A DNA stretch of 64,000 nt from Callorhinchus milii (lineage: Eukaryota): assembly GCF_018977255.1 (NCBI RefSeq), contig NW_024704755.1:15686001-15750000 (forward strand), given 5' to 3'. The translations under genes were made by a program, and so were the position numbers. The notes below the pieces were generated by a model, which did no database searches, was not told the origin of the DNA, and saw only the letters and a program-made list of their open reading frames with translations. How positions within the stretch are numbered: position 1 is the stretch's first letter; each line of letters starts with the position of its first letter. Below are positions 22,701 through 35,990 of the stretch, piece by piece.

Positions 22701-24884
22701 AGTGAGTTTACGTTTCAGGTCGATGACCTATTGTCAGACAGATACTTTTTGGTGTCAGTCAGGTTCAATGTTGTACGGGGAAATTTCTAAAATTGCCCTG
22801 CACAGCATTAAACCTGCGTCCTCTTGTTCTGCTGCCCTGGTGCACTCGAAAATATTGTTCTGTGTTTACTATCTCAATCTCACTTAAAATTTCGATAGTT
22901 CTATATGTTCCCCGGTGTTTATGGAGATCTGAACTCATGGCAATAACCAGCTTCTTGTTTGCGTTGTTTATTTTCTGCCTCACACTATTTGACAATATGA
23001 ACACTTCAAATAACATTTCTAGATGTCCTTCAGCTTCCCCCTTGGCAAGTTATAATACATCAATGGAATCCATGTATTCCCTATTGTACTTCCTGTTTGC
23101 AGAAATCTGTTGGGTTTTCAGCCATTTGAAACTTGCTAAAGTTATATACCAATTCGGCTGTATGCTTGTTTTGAGTTGGAAATGCACTCTTAATCCCAAA
23201 AGAAAGCTATGAACTATTTCTCCAAACGCACCATATTGGTTACAAATATTTATTCAATTAACATTGAGGAATATATATATAAACCTCCTTGTAGAGCAGG
23301 CAAAATATATACATTGTTAACTTATCCACATTGACAGTGAAAGTGTCAATGCCAATCATTGCACCGTTGATTATTGAATTGTGCCTTTTGATCGCAAAAA
23401 AAACTGCCTCAAACGCAAATTTACTGCAAATTTGTATTATATTCCAGTTGTCGAAGAACAAGGCAGTCCTAGAATAAATAAGAACATAAATGACATTTAT
23501 CGGCTACATCAGCAATGCACACAGTGAATTTAGGTTACTTGGTTACAACATGTTTGACCAAATCAGTTACTAAGGTCTGAATCATCAAAGAACTAGGTTG
23601 CAAAACTTGACCCAATTTTCATCAGCCACACGATTAATAAGCCAAGTAAGTATAGACCCTTGTGGGCAAACATTAACAAATGATTGAAATCAAACAACGC
23701 TGATTGGTTAAAGGTAGGTCTTGCATAATAAATCTAAAGGAGCCCTTTGATGGAATAACTGAGTGAACAGATAAGGGGAATGCTGCAACGGATTTTCAGA
23801 ATTTTTTCACCTCTGTTAAAGCCTTTGCAAAATGTATTTAAAAGCAAAGCACACGGTATTAAAGGAAAGGTGGCAGTATGGACATAATGTTGGTTATAGG
23901 CTTGGAAACAGAGTGAGAGCACATGGTTGTTTTTGGAATGGATAGATATAGATAGTGGTGTCCTGCAGGTGTCCAAGTTAAGACTTCTACTTTTTATATA
24001 AATTATCACGAATCTGGTCCAATTTTCCCAGTGACACAAAAATAGGGAGCGTCTCTCACAGTGATGATTACTAGTAATTTAATGCATGTAGTGTTTCGCC
24101 ATTTTATTCGGATTCGTGATTTAAACGTCATTCCTCCCTCTCCATCTACACGTAAATCTTGTTCGGAATATTTTTCATTCACTAATGCAAAAAACTTGCA
24201 GATTTGTTTACTTTATCTTGAAAGGATCTGATCAAATGGTCAGGCTATTGCCGGAATCATCTAGTTTATTTTCTTAACCGTTCACATACATACAGGACAA
24301 AGGTGAAAGTGGATTGGTTTATGGCTAATATTGCAATTTTGTTGTTTTTTGAAGCTAATGACATTTAAACTGAATGTACCTGAAAAACGGTCAGTGTTAC
24401 TGCAGCCAAGGAGACTTCCCCACTGCTTTGCTTCTATGAATTATTTATTATTTATTATTTAAAGTCGGTAAAGCTAACAGAAAATGCTGGAAATATTGAA
24501 GCTAGTTTAAATAACAAAAATAGTGCCATTGTTGAGTTTATCACCTCCAACAATGTAGTACACCGAGCACTGCAAAGGCACATCAACATAGACTATATAC
24601 GTTCCAAGTCCTAGCATGCAGCTTGAACTCGGAATCTGACGGATATTTGCCTGCCTGAAAAACATGTTTAAATATGATAATTAAACTCCATAACGTGCCG
24701 CCAGTTCATGCTAGACTTGAACACAATGCAACTTTAATTCTGTTGAAAGATCCTGCCTTACTGCTGTCTTTACTTTGCAGTTATTGCTGTCGAGGTCTTG
24801 GTTTCCCTGTTCACATTGAGCGTATTAGTAATACTTATTTTGATGGTAATCATCGTAGACTATTGTAGATTTCAACCATTTTAA
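19785..24884 (+). CDS. Gene C: V(J)-C1-TM receptor with essentially no cytoplasmic tail, ~263 aa
   Basis: Exons 19785-19839, 20154-20474, 21885-22196, 24781-24884 (stop TAA just before the donor at 24887). 792 nt in frame. TM VLVSLFTLSVLVILILMVIIV followed by DYCRFQPF*. Confidence 0.82.
20154..20474 (+). CDS. Gene C V-set exon
   Basis: 321 nt. VAQQPK..ITFYC..KVYWWK..QDSGLYYC..GNGSGSHLTVC|gtaagt. Confidence 0.92.
21325..21582 (+). mobile_element. L2 3' fragment
   Basis: ..ggcctttggaattctctc..gggcactgcacaaatgtaagttgttgttg. Confidence 0.6.
21885..22196 (+). CDS. Gene C C1-set exon
   Basis: 312 nt. LTLVCKTAAFYPENLQFNWYENG..YTCGVLHLSL. Confidence 0.9.
22760..24040. mobile_element. Two decayed CR1-clade fragments in opposite orientation (gene C intron)
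   Basis: 22760-23220 (-) reads QYFRVHQGSRTRGRRF. 23560-24040 (+) resembles the CR1 RT region around ..ggtgtcctgcagg. Boundaries approximate. Confidence 0.5.
24781..24884 (+). CDS. Gene C transmembrane exon ending in a stop
   Basis: Acceptor tactttgcag as in gene B. 21-residue hydrophobic run, homologous to the B TM exon. Confidence 0.78.
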
Positions 24885-25120
24885 AGGTAAGACATTCATT
24901 ACTTCCTTCAGAAATATTGTTCTAATTTTAAAGCATTTAGAGAGGAGAATAACAGTTGGATCTGAGAATGGTAAATTCATAAATATCGTTTTTAAAAAAA
25001 ATCAGATTCATTCTTTTACCACAAGTGAAGTTGTACTGCAGAATTGTAGCAGTTGTGATCGTGACATAAAGCCTCTGCAGATTTGAAGATGGATTGCTTC
25101 TTTAATCGAAAGCAATGCGG

Positions 25121-25342
25121 ATAATAATAATAATAATAATAATAATAATCCTTGCATTTGATATAGCGCTTTTCACGTCGGGAGGACGTCTCAAAGCGCT
25201 TCACAGAACACACTGTAAAGTGAATTGATTGTATATTTGTGGGCGAACGCGGCAGCCAATTGCGCACAGCAATGTCCCACAAACAGTCGTAGATTGAAAA
25301 TGACCAATTTATTATTGTTTTTGGTTTTGGAGTGATTATTAT
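25121..25342 (-). mobile_element. 5'-truncated young SINE
   Basis: Core and tail only. Confidence 0.85.
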
Positions 25343-27619
25343 TTTATCTTAATGTAATATTTTCTCATGTATTGCAGACTGAAGATTCGTTAAATATCCA
25401 CATAGGACTGGGGAAAAAAATGGAAAATGGAGTCAGAAAGAGCCAGAAAATTAAAGATCATAACCAAATATTAATCTTAATTTGTCTTTTTTCTATCATT
25501 GATGTACCTGTTATGCTTTACTTATCATTTGTGTTTTTGGATTCTTATGAGTTAATTACCCTCATTCAACATTAAACTTTTGGATTACATCTTTTAGATT
25601 TCCCATGGTGAACATTTTTTGCTGCAAATATGACATTTGCAAACTTAAATCAAAATTCATTTTCATTTGATTCATGTTAATATTCAATTAATCAATACTG
25701 CTACAAAACAAGCATCTCTAATTACTTTACATGTGTTTGTTTTCAAAAGTAGCAATCAGAGAAAATAGTCATGTGATTATAGAATTTGCAATATTCACAA
25801 ATACATTGCGTTTTATAGAAGTTGTAAGTAACTGAACTGGAAGAGAACTGTTTTGCACCAATACAACTTTACTAATTATAAAAACAGAAGCCTGAAGGAG
25901 GATGAAGGTATAACCAAATGCAGCTGAGTCTTGTCTCATTAATGTCCGAATGTGTGGTAGGTTCCTTTGACATCACTTGTACATGTAAATTACTAAGCGA
26001 AGGTTATTACTAAGCTACCTGATATCAGGGCTTTTATTTACTATGAAATATTGTTCCTGCTGTAGACAGATATATTCATTTTGTAGTTATGATTAGAAAT
26101 AATACTTTGCAATAGAAAACGCAAACAGTTGTCATTTTCATAAATTAATCTGAATCGAATTAAAATAAATAATTTTGTATTTCTGTGTGAGGTTTTCTCA
26201 ATCTCATTTGATAATGAAAAATGTTATCTTCAAATATCTGTATATCATTCAAATTAAGTCTTATATAATGTATTTCATATATGAAATTATATCTGCACTA
26301 ATTATTTTCAATTGCATTCAATAACCTTTCTTATGTTTCAGCTCATTAATCTTTTCATCAGCTGTAATATTTCACATGACAATAAATCATGAACAGTCTG
26401 CTTTAGTAGAAAACATTCAATTATTGCAAGGTTAGAACTTTGAGCTCACAGTCTAGGCTAACACTCCAATACACGTCATTGTCCGAGACGAGACTTTAAA
26501 CCCACCTCCCGCCTCTACAGGTGTACATTTTTACTGCTGTCCTTTTCTCTCAAATTAAAAATCTCATGAAGTGTTTTAAGATGTTTTGCAGACGTGATAA
26601 AGTGCTATATCAAATGCAATAATTATTATTAATGACTTAATATAGGAAGGAACTGGGAGGATCTGTTAAAAGAACAGCTCTTGGATTAAATTAACCTCTA
26701 AATTGGTTGTTACCAGAACTTAAAACCTAGCTGGACAGTGTAACCAAGACAGTTTTCACATACATTAGTGCAAGAAATAATAATCCGGTAATGGATGACA
26801 ACTACCTTGCAAATCTTGTTGAATTGAAATCTGGATGGACAGCGACTGAAAGCAATTGCAAAATATAGTAGGATATAAATTCCATGCATTCTCTATACCA
26901 TAAGCTGTGGATCTCAGTCAGCGCTATGGAGCATTTTTAGTTTTTATCCCAATGTAAAAGACACAATATTAATGTAAATTATAATACATTGCACTCAGGC
27001 GGATGTTGAGACTTTCCTTCAAATTGTTTGGAGTGGTTTGGACACTAATGGCTACATGCTGGTAGCCATTAGTAGTCACACCCTACCCTACACGTTAGAT
27101 CTTTGCCACGACTTTGATTTCCGTGGTCGCTTGCATGACCAATTTGTTTATTGTGCTGATTTCCACGTTCCTCGTGGAATGTTTTGCTGACGTTCAACCC
27201 TTCAACTCGGCTGAGAGAACCCCTAGTGACTGGAACAGCTCCCTTTCCCCGAACTACTTCTGTGACTTCATCTCCTGCTCCACCCAACAATCCTTTCCCC
27301 AACAAGGGATGAGTGCTTTCAACACGGTATTCAAAATAGACTACCATGCAAGCAATGAACAGGCTGAGGAAGAGCTGCAGTCAACATGCAGGAAATATAT
27401 TGCTGTGTTTTTGACATTGGTCTGCAGAAACAACCCCAATCAGAAATCTACAGCTGCCCAAGAGGATAAAGTATCTTAAGTAATAATATATACTAATCCT
27501 TACATTTGATATAGCCCTTTTCAAGTCTTCTCGACGTCTCAAAGCGCTTCAAAGCATCACAATGACATGACCACAGTCTCTAGGAATTGATTTACAATCT
27601 CCTTCACATTTCACAAGAA

Positions 27620-28330
27620 CAAATTATATTTATATACAATGTTTCACAGTGCAGGGATGTCCCATGGTGCTGGACCATCAAAGGTGGGGATGGGATTGTG
27701 ACCGAAGCTGTAGTCAAAGAGGAAGTTCTTAAGATGGGCTTTAAATGAGGTGAAGATAGGGGGCGATGCGGAGAGATTCAGGAATGCAGTTCAAGAGGGT
27801 GGGAGCAGAAAAGCTGAGGGGCCATCTACAATGGTGGAGCGGGCAGGGCGGGTGACATTAAGCTGGCCAGTGCCCGCCAATCAGAGGGAGCAGGGAGGTT
27901 GGTATAGTGTTAAGAGGCTGTAGAGGTAGGGAGAGCAAGGCTGTGGAGAGATTTAAAAATGAGGTATACCATTTTAAATGGGATCCTTTGAGGAATGGGG
28001 AGCCAGTGGAGCCGAGGAAGGATGGGGGTGATCAGTTCACAGAGCTTGTTACGGGAGAGGAGAGGAGCTGCAGAGTTCTAAATAATATACAGCTTGTGGA
28101 GGGAAGAGTTGAGAAGTTTGGAGAACAGGGAGTTTGCGTAGTCGATCTTCGACATGAGGAATGCATGAATTGCAGTAGGGAGACAGGCAAATGTTGCGGA
28201 AGTGGGGAAGAAAGAACGGGTCATGGCACGGATATTGAGTTCGAAGAACAGCTGAGGGTTAAACAGGATACTGAAGTTCCATACTGACTCTGTTAGGTGG
28301 AGAGTGCAGCCATGAACAGAGATGCTGTCA
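27620..28330 (-). mobile_element. Decayed L2 RT fragment
   Basis: Similar to the 16.3-17.1 kb L2 (gggagccagtgg, gagctgcagagtt, cagcttgtggaggga). Confidence 0.75.
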
Positions 28331-29256
28331 GCGCCTGAGGTAAGGAGGCACTGACTGGAACCTCTGTCTTATCACAGAGCTCACAGACTCACAGACTCAA
28401 GATATTCTAGGACTGGATCCTCCTTAGTTTCACAATTGATATGTATATTATTTTTGTCTGCTGTCATTGTAAGTTGTAGATGGGAACAGTGCAATATACC
28501 CACAAGTTGTTGTTATTGTTCTTGTTATTGTAAGCTACCCTTATTTTCATTCTTTATATGTTGATGGACGATTTGGGGATCAATATGGGCAGGAGATAGT
28601 CAAACTGGTATGTTCTGGGGACCCAATACACAGTGCATAGGAAAGGTGGATAGGATATGTAACTTCCGAAGTCGACAGAGCATACAATGCTCTGTCACAA
28701 TGTCACTAATTGTGTCAGCCTCACTCACTCAACTGAAACACCTCCCACTTCTGAATCAGATGTTTGTGGATTCAAACCCACGCCAGGACTTTGAATTCTA
28801 ATAGTCTAGGATGACCCTCAAATGCAGTGCTATGTATGCTGTATTGATCGGGGTGTCCTCCTTAGGAAGAGACATTGAAACGAAACCCCATTTTTCTGTT
28901 CAAGAAGATATTAAATGCCCTATGCTCCAACTCGAAAAGAGAAGGGAATTCTTCCAGGTACCGCAAATAAATATCTCTTCTGGAAAGTTGTCAGTCATTA
29001 TCATTGTCATTAGAAAAATATTAAAGAAATATTGCTATTAAAATACCTCAATTGGTAGCACTCTCGCCTCTGATCCAGAATGCTGTGGGTTCAAGTCCTA
29101 AATTGTTAACACTCTAGTGTAGAGGTGCTGTCTTTCGGATAAGACGTTAAATCGACTAGGAACCTGGTTATTAGTCAATTGATGAATTGCTTTTCTGGGG
29201 ACAAGAATCAGTTAAAAAAAAGAAATAATAATAATTTGGTCACTCAATCCACTACT

Positions 29257-29620
29257 GTGAAGTCCTGTAGCTCAGTAATTAAAGCACTCGCCTTGCAAGC
29301 GAGAGACTTGTTTTTGATTCCCGGCAAGGCAAAATGTTGATCAAGTTTCCTTACTCCAGACGCCTCTGTTTACCTAGCAGTAAGTAGGAACCCGGTTGTT
29401 AGTCGATTTTGCGGATCGCTTTTCCGGGTGTAATAATTCCTTCAAAAAAAATAACTTGGTCACTTCAATGTTTGTGAGACACTGCTGTGTGCAATTGGCT
29501 GCCATGTTTTGCGCACAAAATATACAGTCAATTCACTTTACATTATATTCTATGAAGTGATTTAAAATGTCTCGGAGGTGTGATAAGACGATATATCAAA
29601 TGCAAGGATTATTATCATTA
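29257..29620 (+). mobile_element. SINE, long (older) subfamily
   Basis: Carries the extra segment ctgtttac..agtaagtaggaacccggttgttagtcgatt. Confidence 0.8.
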
Positions 29621-31304
29621 CTGTTTGTCAGACACTTCTGTACGCAATTGGCTGCCGCATTTCACTCATAAAATATAAACTCAATTCACTTTACAGTATA
29701 TTTTGTGAAGTAATTTAAGATGTCTAGAAGAACTGATAAGGCACTATATCGAATGCAAGGATTACCATTGTAACCGAGGTCCCCTCTGCCTGTTCAAGTG
29801 GACATTAAATATCCCATGGCATGATTTGGAAATAAAAGTGAATTTCTCCAGATGTTCAAGCCAATAATCGCCTAAATAAAATGATTCACTTACTCCATGG
29901 CTGCTTGTGGAATTTTGCTATGTGCAAATTGGCTGCCGTCTTAGCCCACAAGATACACACAGTCACACCACTTTACAGCAGTGGACAGCAACCTTTATGG
30001 TCGGTCAACAAAATACAATTTCTTGATTGAATATTTCTTGATTCATGCCATAAATCAAGAAATATTCAATTAAGAATAAACCGAAAACACACTACCGATC
30101 GAAAACTGATTTACTCATGCGAATGTTCTGGAGTCTGCTTCTTAACTGACCCGCGGGCCACATGTTGGCCACCATTACTTTAAAGTACATCCTGTGGAGC
30201 AGGCTATACAATGTGGTGAAGGTCTTTATTAAATGCATGGATTATTATATTATTAAAGTTTAAGTCATTCTGTAGAGGTAGTTCTTAATGGTTTTCATTG
30301 ATGGGTCTGCCAGACTAATAACACGGTCACTTTACATATGAATAAATGTTACCCTTCTTTATATATTTGAGATTCCAACAATAGCTACTTTTGCAAGAGG
30401 TTGATATTTTGTTTACCGGGTATTTTGTCAAGCCTTTTTTGAATAGCCTTATTAACAGTCCCAGCTGCACCCACAATTAGAGGAACTATGTTTGTTTTAC
30501 AGTGACACAAACGTCCACATTCAATTTGCATGCTGATATATTCCTGATTTTCTCTAATTCCTTATTTTTCACATTGTAATAACTTGTGATCGTCACATCA
30601 CTATTATTACGTTACTACATGTACAATCTATTTGAATCTTTATTTTCTTTATTATTTTATGATTCATTATTATTCATAAAAAAATATATTTTTTAAATTA
30701 TGCTTTCTTTAATGAACACATAGAACACTTGTTAATATTTGGCACGAAATACAATTTTATTGTTACACAGATTCAGTTTACACTTACAAATAGCTGAAAT
30801 CCTAATTTATCACAGACAGAAACAGACCATTTGCTCCATAAAGAGTTGAACATACTAAAATTTTAACGGTCTCTATCCCTCAGTATTGGGAAGAAAAGCA
30901 TTAGCTTTGAAGGCAGTCAAGTTTCGACAGATTCTTGTTCCATCAATAATTGCCTGAAATGGACACAATTGTGGAAGTGTATATATGCGTTCAGGTCATC
31001 TCCGTTTTGAATTCTTGAGCTGAAGTGAAGCTTTACCTGTTGAAAAGTGAATATTATTAAATAATTTCAATTCCCGGCAGGGCAAAATACATGCCTTTTT
31101 CAAGTACTATATAACCTCTCAACTTTAATTCCAACCTACCAAGCTAACGTTGCACAGCATTATTTTACTCTCACTTAACTTCAATTTATCACACTGGGTT
31201 ACTCTTTGTGCAGGGCAAGTACTTTCTGATGCCTCAAGGACACTTTCCACTATTTTGTACATAATTGTAGGAGTCTTTCTTTTACTTCAGTTATACGCGC
31301 ATTA

Positions 31305-31653
31305 GTGGATTCCTGTCGCTTTAGTGGTTAGAGTTCTGCGTTCAATTCCCAGCAGGGCAAAATGTTGAGCAATTTTCCTTACTCCACACGCCTCTGTTTA
31401 CCAGGCAGTAAGTAGAAACCCGGTTGTTAGTCGATTGGTGGATCGCTTTTCCTGGTGTAATAATTCCTTCAAAATAATAATAATAATAAATTGGTCCCTT
31501 CAATCCATGACTGTTTGTGGGACACTGCTGTGTGCAAGCTTTCCGCCCACAAAACACACAGTCAATTCACTTTACAGTGTATTCTGTGAAGTGCTTCAAG
31601 ACATCTCCAATAAATGATAAAGCACTATATCAAATGCAAGAATTATTATTATT
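31305..31653 (+). mobile_element. SINE, long (older) subfamily
   Basis: Same extra internal segment. Confidence 0.8.
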
Positions 31654-32669
31654 GTTAAGTATTATCTCATTCGAAATCATAACATTATCTGAAACATCAT
31701 ATTTCCCAACGGTGAGCAAATGGTTACTGTATTACCTTCAAAAGCGTGCAAACAACTATAAATGTACAGTGAGTTGAAAAGTTTTTGCCAGGAATTTCAC
31801 AGGAATTCCACAGAATTCCACCTCTTTAGCAACAACTATCAGGAACCGAAAGCTTAATCCTTTTAATACTAGAAGCTCTCACAAAACACCGACACTGTAC
31901 TTTACATTATATCTTGTGACGTTACTTGGGGACATACTCCCAGTGTGAAGAGCACTGTACCAAATGTGTATAAGGATTATGATGGATTGTAAGAATTCTT
32001 AATTATTATGATTACATTATATGTCTAAACCAGATGAAATATATTGTACAAAAGCTCAATTGATTTTAAAACAGCATTTGAAATTATATCTCATGAACAA
32101 ATTATATGTTTATCTTATTGGTTTATTCCATTGTCCTTGATTAACTAGTGATGGATTAATTCAGATGAAAATAAACAATTTTATTAAATTCAAGAAGCAA
32201 TTTAAAATTTATGAATATATTTGAAACATGAGTTCCGAAGCAATCAAACTAAAACTGCTATTCCCTCATATATGACTGTGCCCTAACTCAACTCCGATTT
32301 CCTTTCCTTCACAATTATTTTCTCAACAATGATAAAAAAAGTTGTAAAAAAAAATGATGTTTGGATTGCCAACCTTTTCAGTAGTGGGTTAGGAGTAGTC
32401 TGCGGAAGATATTTATATCCATTATGTGATGAGAGTGAGAACACTGAGTTGTCAATAGGAAATAAAATCCCTGCTCACATTCTGCATATAAACAGCCGTT
32501 CTAAATATTCTTTTAAGAAGTATAGCTGTAACTCAGTAACTGGTTTTGCTATTGGATGCAGATATCTTGCTTAAAATCCTTCAGGCTTATTGAACAATTG
32601 GACAGCATATGCTTCACTTTAGCCAGTTTCTCAGAACAATTTACACAAGTGTCCAGATAAGGTGGACAC

Positions 32670-32998
32670 GTGGAGTCCTGTAGCTCAATGGTTAGAGCAC
32701 TCGCTTTGCAAGCAAGAGACCTGAGTTCAATTCCAGGCAGAGGGCGAAACCTTGGGCAAGTTTCCTTACTCCACACAGAGCCTAATAATAATCCCTCCAA
32801 AAACCAAAAAACAATAATAAATTGGTCATTTTCAATCTATGACTGTTTGTGGGACATTGCTGTGCGCAATTGGCTGCCGCGTTCGCCCACAAATATACAG
32901 TCAATTCACTTTACAGTGTGTTCTGTAAAGCGCTTTGGGACGTCCTCCCGATGTGAAAAGCGCTATATCAAATGCAAGGATTATTATTATTATTATTA
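32670..32998 (+). mobile_element. Full-length young SINE
   Basis: Matches the consensus. Confidence 0.9.
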
Positions 32999-35461
32999 AG
33001 GTAATTATGGAGCCCACATAACGAGTAATACATTATCAGTGCATAACCCCTTTCATTGCATCAACAAATAAAACTCTAGGAATCTATTTTAAAATAATAT
33101 TTGCGGAATTTGCACATAAATTAAAATGTAAGACAGTTTCATAGAAGTGATAAAGTTCGAATTCAGTATAATTACACAGTCTAGGTTGGTGATAAGGAAC
33201 AACAAGATCAACCCAATGAACTCACCCGTGATAGGAAAGCTCCATTCTATTTCATTTTGGTCATCCGAATAGCTGACACATGATCATTCATAAACATAAG
33301 CAAAGTAGACTGAGTTCCACATATTCACTCCTCCTACGCTTGGAATTATCCTGGAGTCTGGAATGAAAGACACAACATCACCCTGGAGGGACATATCCTG
33401 CTTACCTACTTCCAGAAAGCACTGTGGCATGTTGGCAAGAACCGAAAAGTGTAGACTTCAGAGTTTGCATTTGTGATACTGCCAGAGTTTAACCCACTAA
33501 TACTGTACAGATGGTCATCGAGAGGACTGTTTAGCAAGCTTCCCGCTGCTTGTCCAGCTAGGACCACCCAATCAGTCACAGCTTTGTTATACAAGGTTAG
33601 CAGGAGTCATGGGAAGAACACAGCGTGCCTATTCTTGCATTAATGCTGAAACCATGTATAAAATAGCTGCCGCTACTTATCACAGAATGAGCTGCAATGA
33701 ACTTCTCGTGGCCGAAGATAACCTGATAAACCATGTTCTATATTTACAATCAGACGAGACGCTGATGTTGAAAATGATGTTAAAGGAAACTGTGAAGTTC
33801 ACCAGAAACCACACGGTAGAATGTAGTTTCCTGTTTGTTACATTTTAGCAGCTACTTGCCTGCAAGAACGCCTACAGTTTGACCTTATAACGGCAGCATT
33901 GCCCAACATATTATCAACCAGTTTTAAGTTAACTATTTATGATCACACTCAGATGCGAAGGCGCTATCAATGAAGTCAGGCTGACTCTCAATTTCAGTAA
34001 CAACTGCACCTTGAAATATGGATGACTTTTCCCAATCCACATACGTAAAATTAGTTTCTAAAATGAATCCACCCACCCCCAACTTTATTGTTCTTAAAAA
34101 TAATAAGTGCTGCAAACATTGGTAAGAAGCCAGTAATTTGTATGTACATACTATTCCAAATTGCACCAGTATTAAACCTGATATTCGCATGAACATGATT
34201 TGAATGTCACACTGAACCCAAGTAAATACTTGCAGAAAATAGGTTTAAAATGCTCTAATTTAACTGCTTTAAGACTCCCCATTCTTCACAATAATCCGAT
34301 CTATTTTGCTCCATTTGTGCACTTAAAATGAATGTAATTCAATACGTATTAACCAGTGACTTTAAAGTCAATTAAGATAAACCCCTATGTTTCATCCTCA
34401 CTGTGTTGGAATCAAAGCTTATCAGGTTGTCTCTTATTCCAACATGTCTCTTTCTGGGATCTGAAGGCTCTGGAAACCTGTACCTCCCTCAAGCACGTCT
34501 ACAGTACTTTAATGCACTGCGAACGATAGGCCGACAGCCTGGCTGTCGGTAAGGCTTAGGGTTCAGACTAAGATTGGTGATTCTTCCCATTGGGTCATGT
34601 TAGCCGAGCAAGATTAAGCCCTTGAAAGTAGCTATAAAAACAGTGATATGCTTCCCAGGTGCATTGCGGATTTGGATGTTTAAACTCCAATAGGAACCGC
34701 AACATACTTTCGGCGTCCCCAAACCTTAGCTCTGGCCAACTGGCACCTAATAATTACCAGAATTGAGTAAACAGGTACAATCATTCCCTCCAAAGAGATA
34801 ATCCTTATTCAATTTCAGATGGTAATATTTTCCATTAGTAGATGGTAAGCATATGCGACTTCATAGTCTGATTTTAATCAGTTTAAACATGGTGAAAGGT
34901 TTTTGCATGCATCAATACCCGGCTGGCCCAAAATAGGATATCATGATAAAACATGAGATTGAAATTCGGGAGAAAATCAGTTATGACCTGCAATAACAGT
35001 CAGAAGTGAAATATATGTTGAGAAATTGCTGGAAACATCATTCTATCCACACATGTGATTCTGAAGAAAGGATTTATTGCAGATATTGCACCAATGACGT
35101 TAAATATGTTAAAGGTTATTAAAGATGTCAATGTTAAGGTTGGTTAAGTGTTAATAACAAATGTCTTTAAAAGCCGCTTTATGCGAATCTTTAATTTATA
35201 ATGGCTGAACCTTCAGTGCTGGATAATTTGTTGAATGTCAGTAAGTGACCAGGAGCAAATAAAACACCAGACGCGATGAAACGCACTGTTGTTGTCAGCG
35301 CCGGCACTGGTGAATGATGCAATTTTAATGCAATGCAATTTATTATCCACATCTGGTACAGACACACAGCCCATGCAATTGAAGATCAATGACAAAGTCG
35401 CATAATAGTTGTAATATATAACACTGATGTAATAAGATAAAATAGGTTGCTCGGTCTGCAT

Positions 35462-35990
35462 GTCATTGTTTGCAGGTATCCACCCTCTACCTACTTTCAC
35501 CAGCACGTTCTTAAACTCGATTTGGGTTGAGTGATAGGAACCATGCAGTGGGAGGTCATGATTGTACCTTTGATGACCTCTATGTGTTAGGGGAGTTTAG
35601 TCATTCTGATAAATATACCGTCAACAACTTTCAGAAATACATTCAATATAATTAAAACAAAAGACAGAGACATAGAAACAGAGGCTCGGTTCACTCAATG
35701 TAATAAATAAAAGATCATAAAATATTAATAACATTAATCTATGTTATTTTATAGCAAACTTGCGTAACATAATCACTCACCCAAGGAAATCTTCCCATAA
35801 AAGACAGATACTGTGATATAACATACACCAATATTCTGATCATTGTCTGACAAATCCTGAACTGTTGCTTGTGTGTGATAAAAGGTTGCAGATGTTTGAA
35901 TTGCGACAAGTCACAGTGACTTCCAGTCTTTGTACATTCAGGAGTTATATGTTTTGGTTGGGTGTGATTGCACAGAGGGTTGTCCAGTGA
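35462..35990 (-). pseudogene. psi2: inverted family pseudogene (promoter, ATG-less leader, 5' half of V exon)
   Basis: On the minus strand: promoter resembling gene C (tgcaatcacacccaaccaaaac..ctggaagt), leader ~35834-35781 with donor gtgagt, acceptor tttctgaaag, then from 35627 VVDGIFIRMTKLP*HIEVIKGTIMTSHCMVP..RTCW*K*VEGGYLQT. Confidence 0.8.

Noticed and set aside
23519-23530. CACAGTG heptamers (also ~48731 and ~62976) as V(D)J recombination signals
   Set aside because: No nonamer at 12/23 spacing seen, and none is adjacent to a V exon.
30788-31036. 249-bp minus-strand segment with good acceptor and donor, starting GKASLQLKN
   Set aside because: Stops in all three frames and no Ig Cys/Trp pattern. 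Not assignable to psi2.
35050-35100. WCNICNKSFLQNHMC, resembling a Polinton polB zinc-finger motif
   Set aside because: No polymerase or exonuclease motifs at the expected distance. Likely chance.
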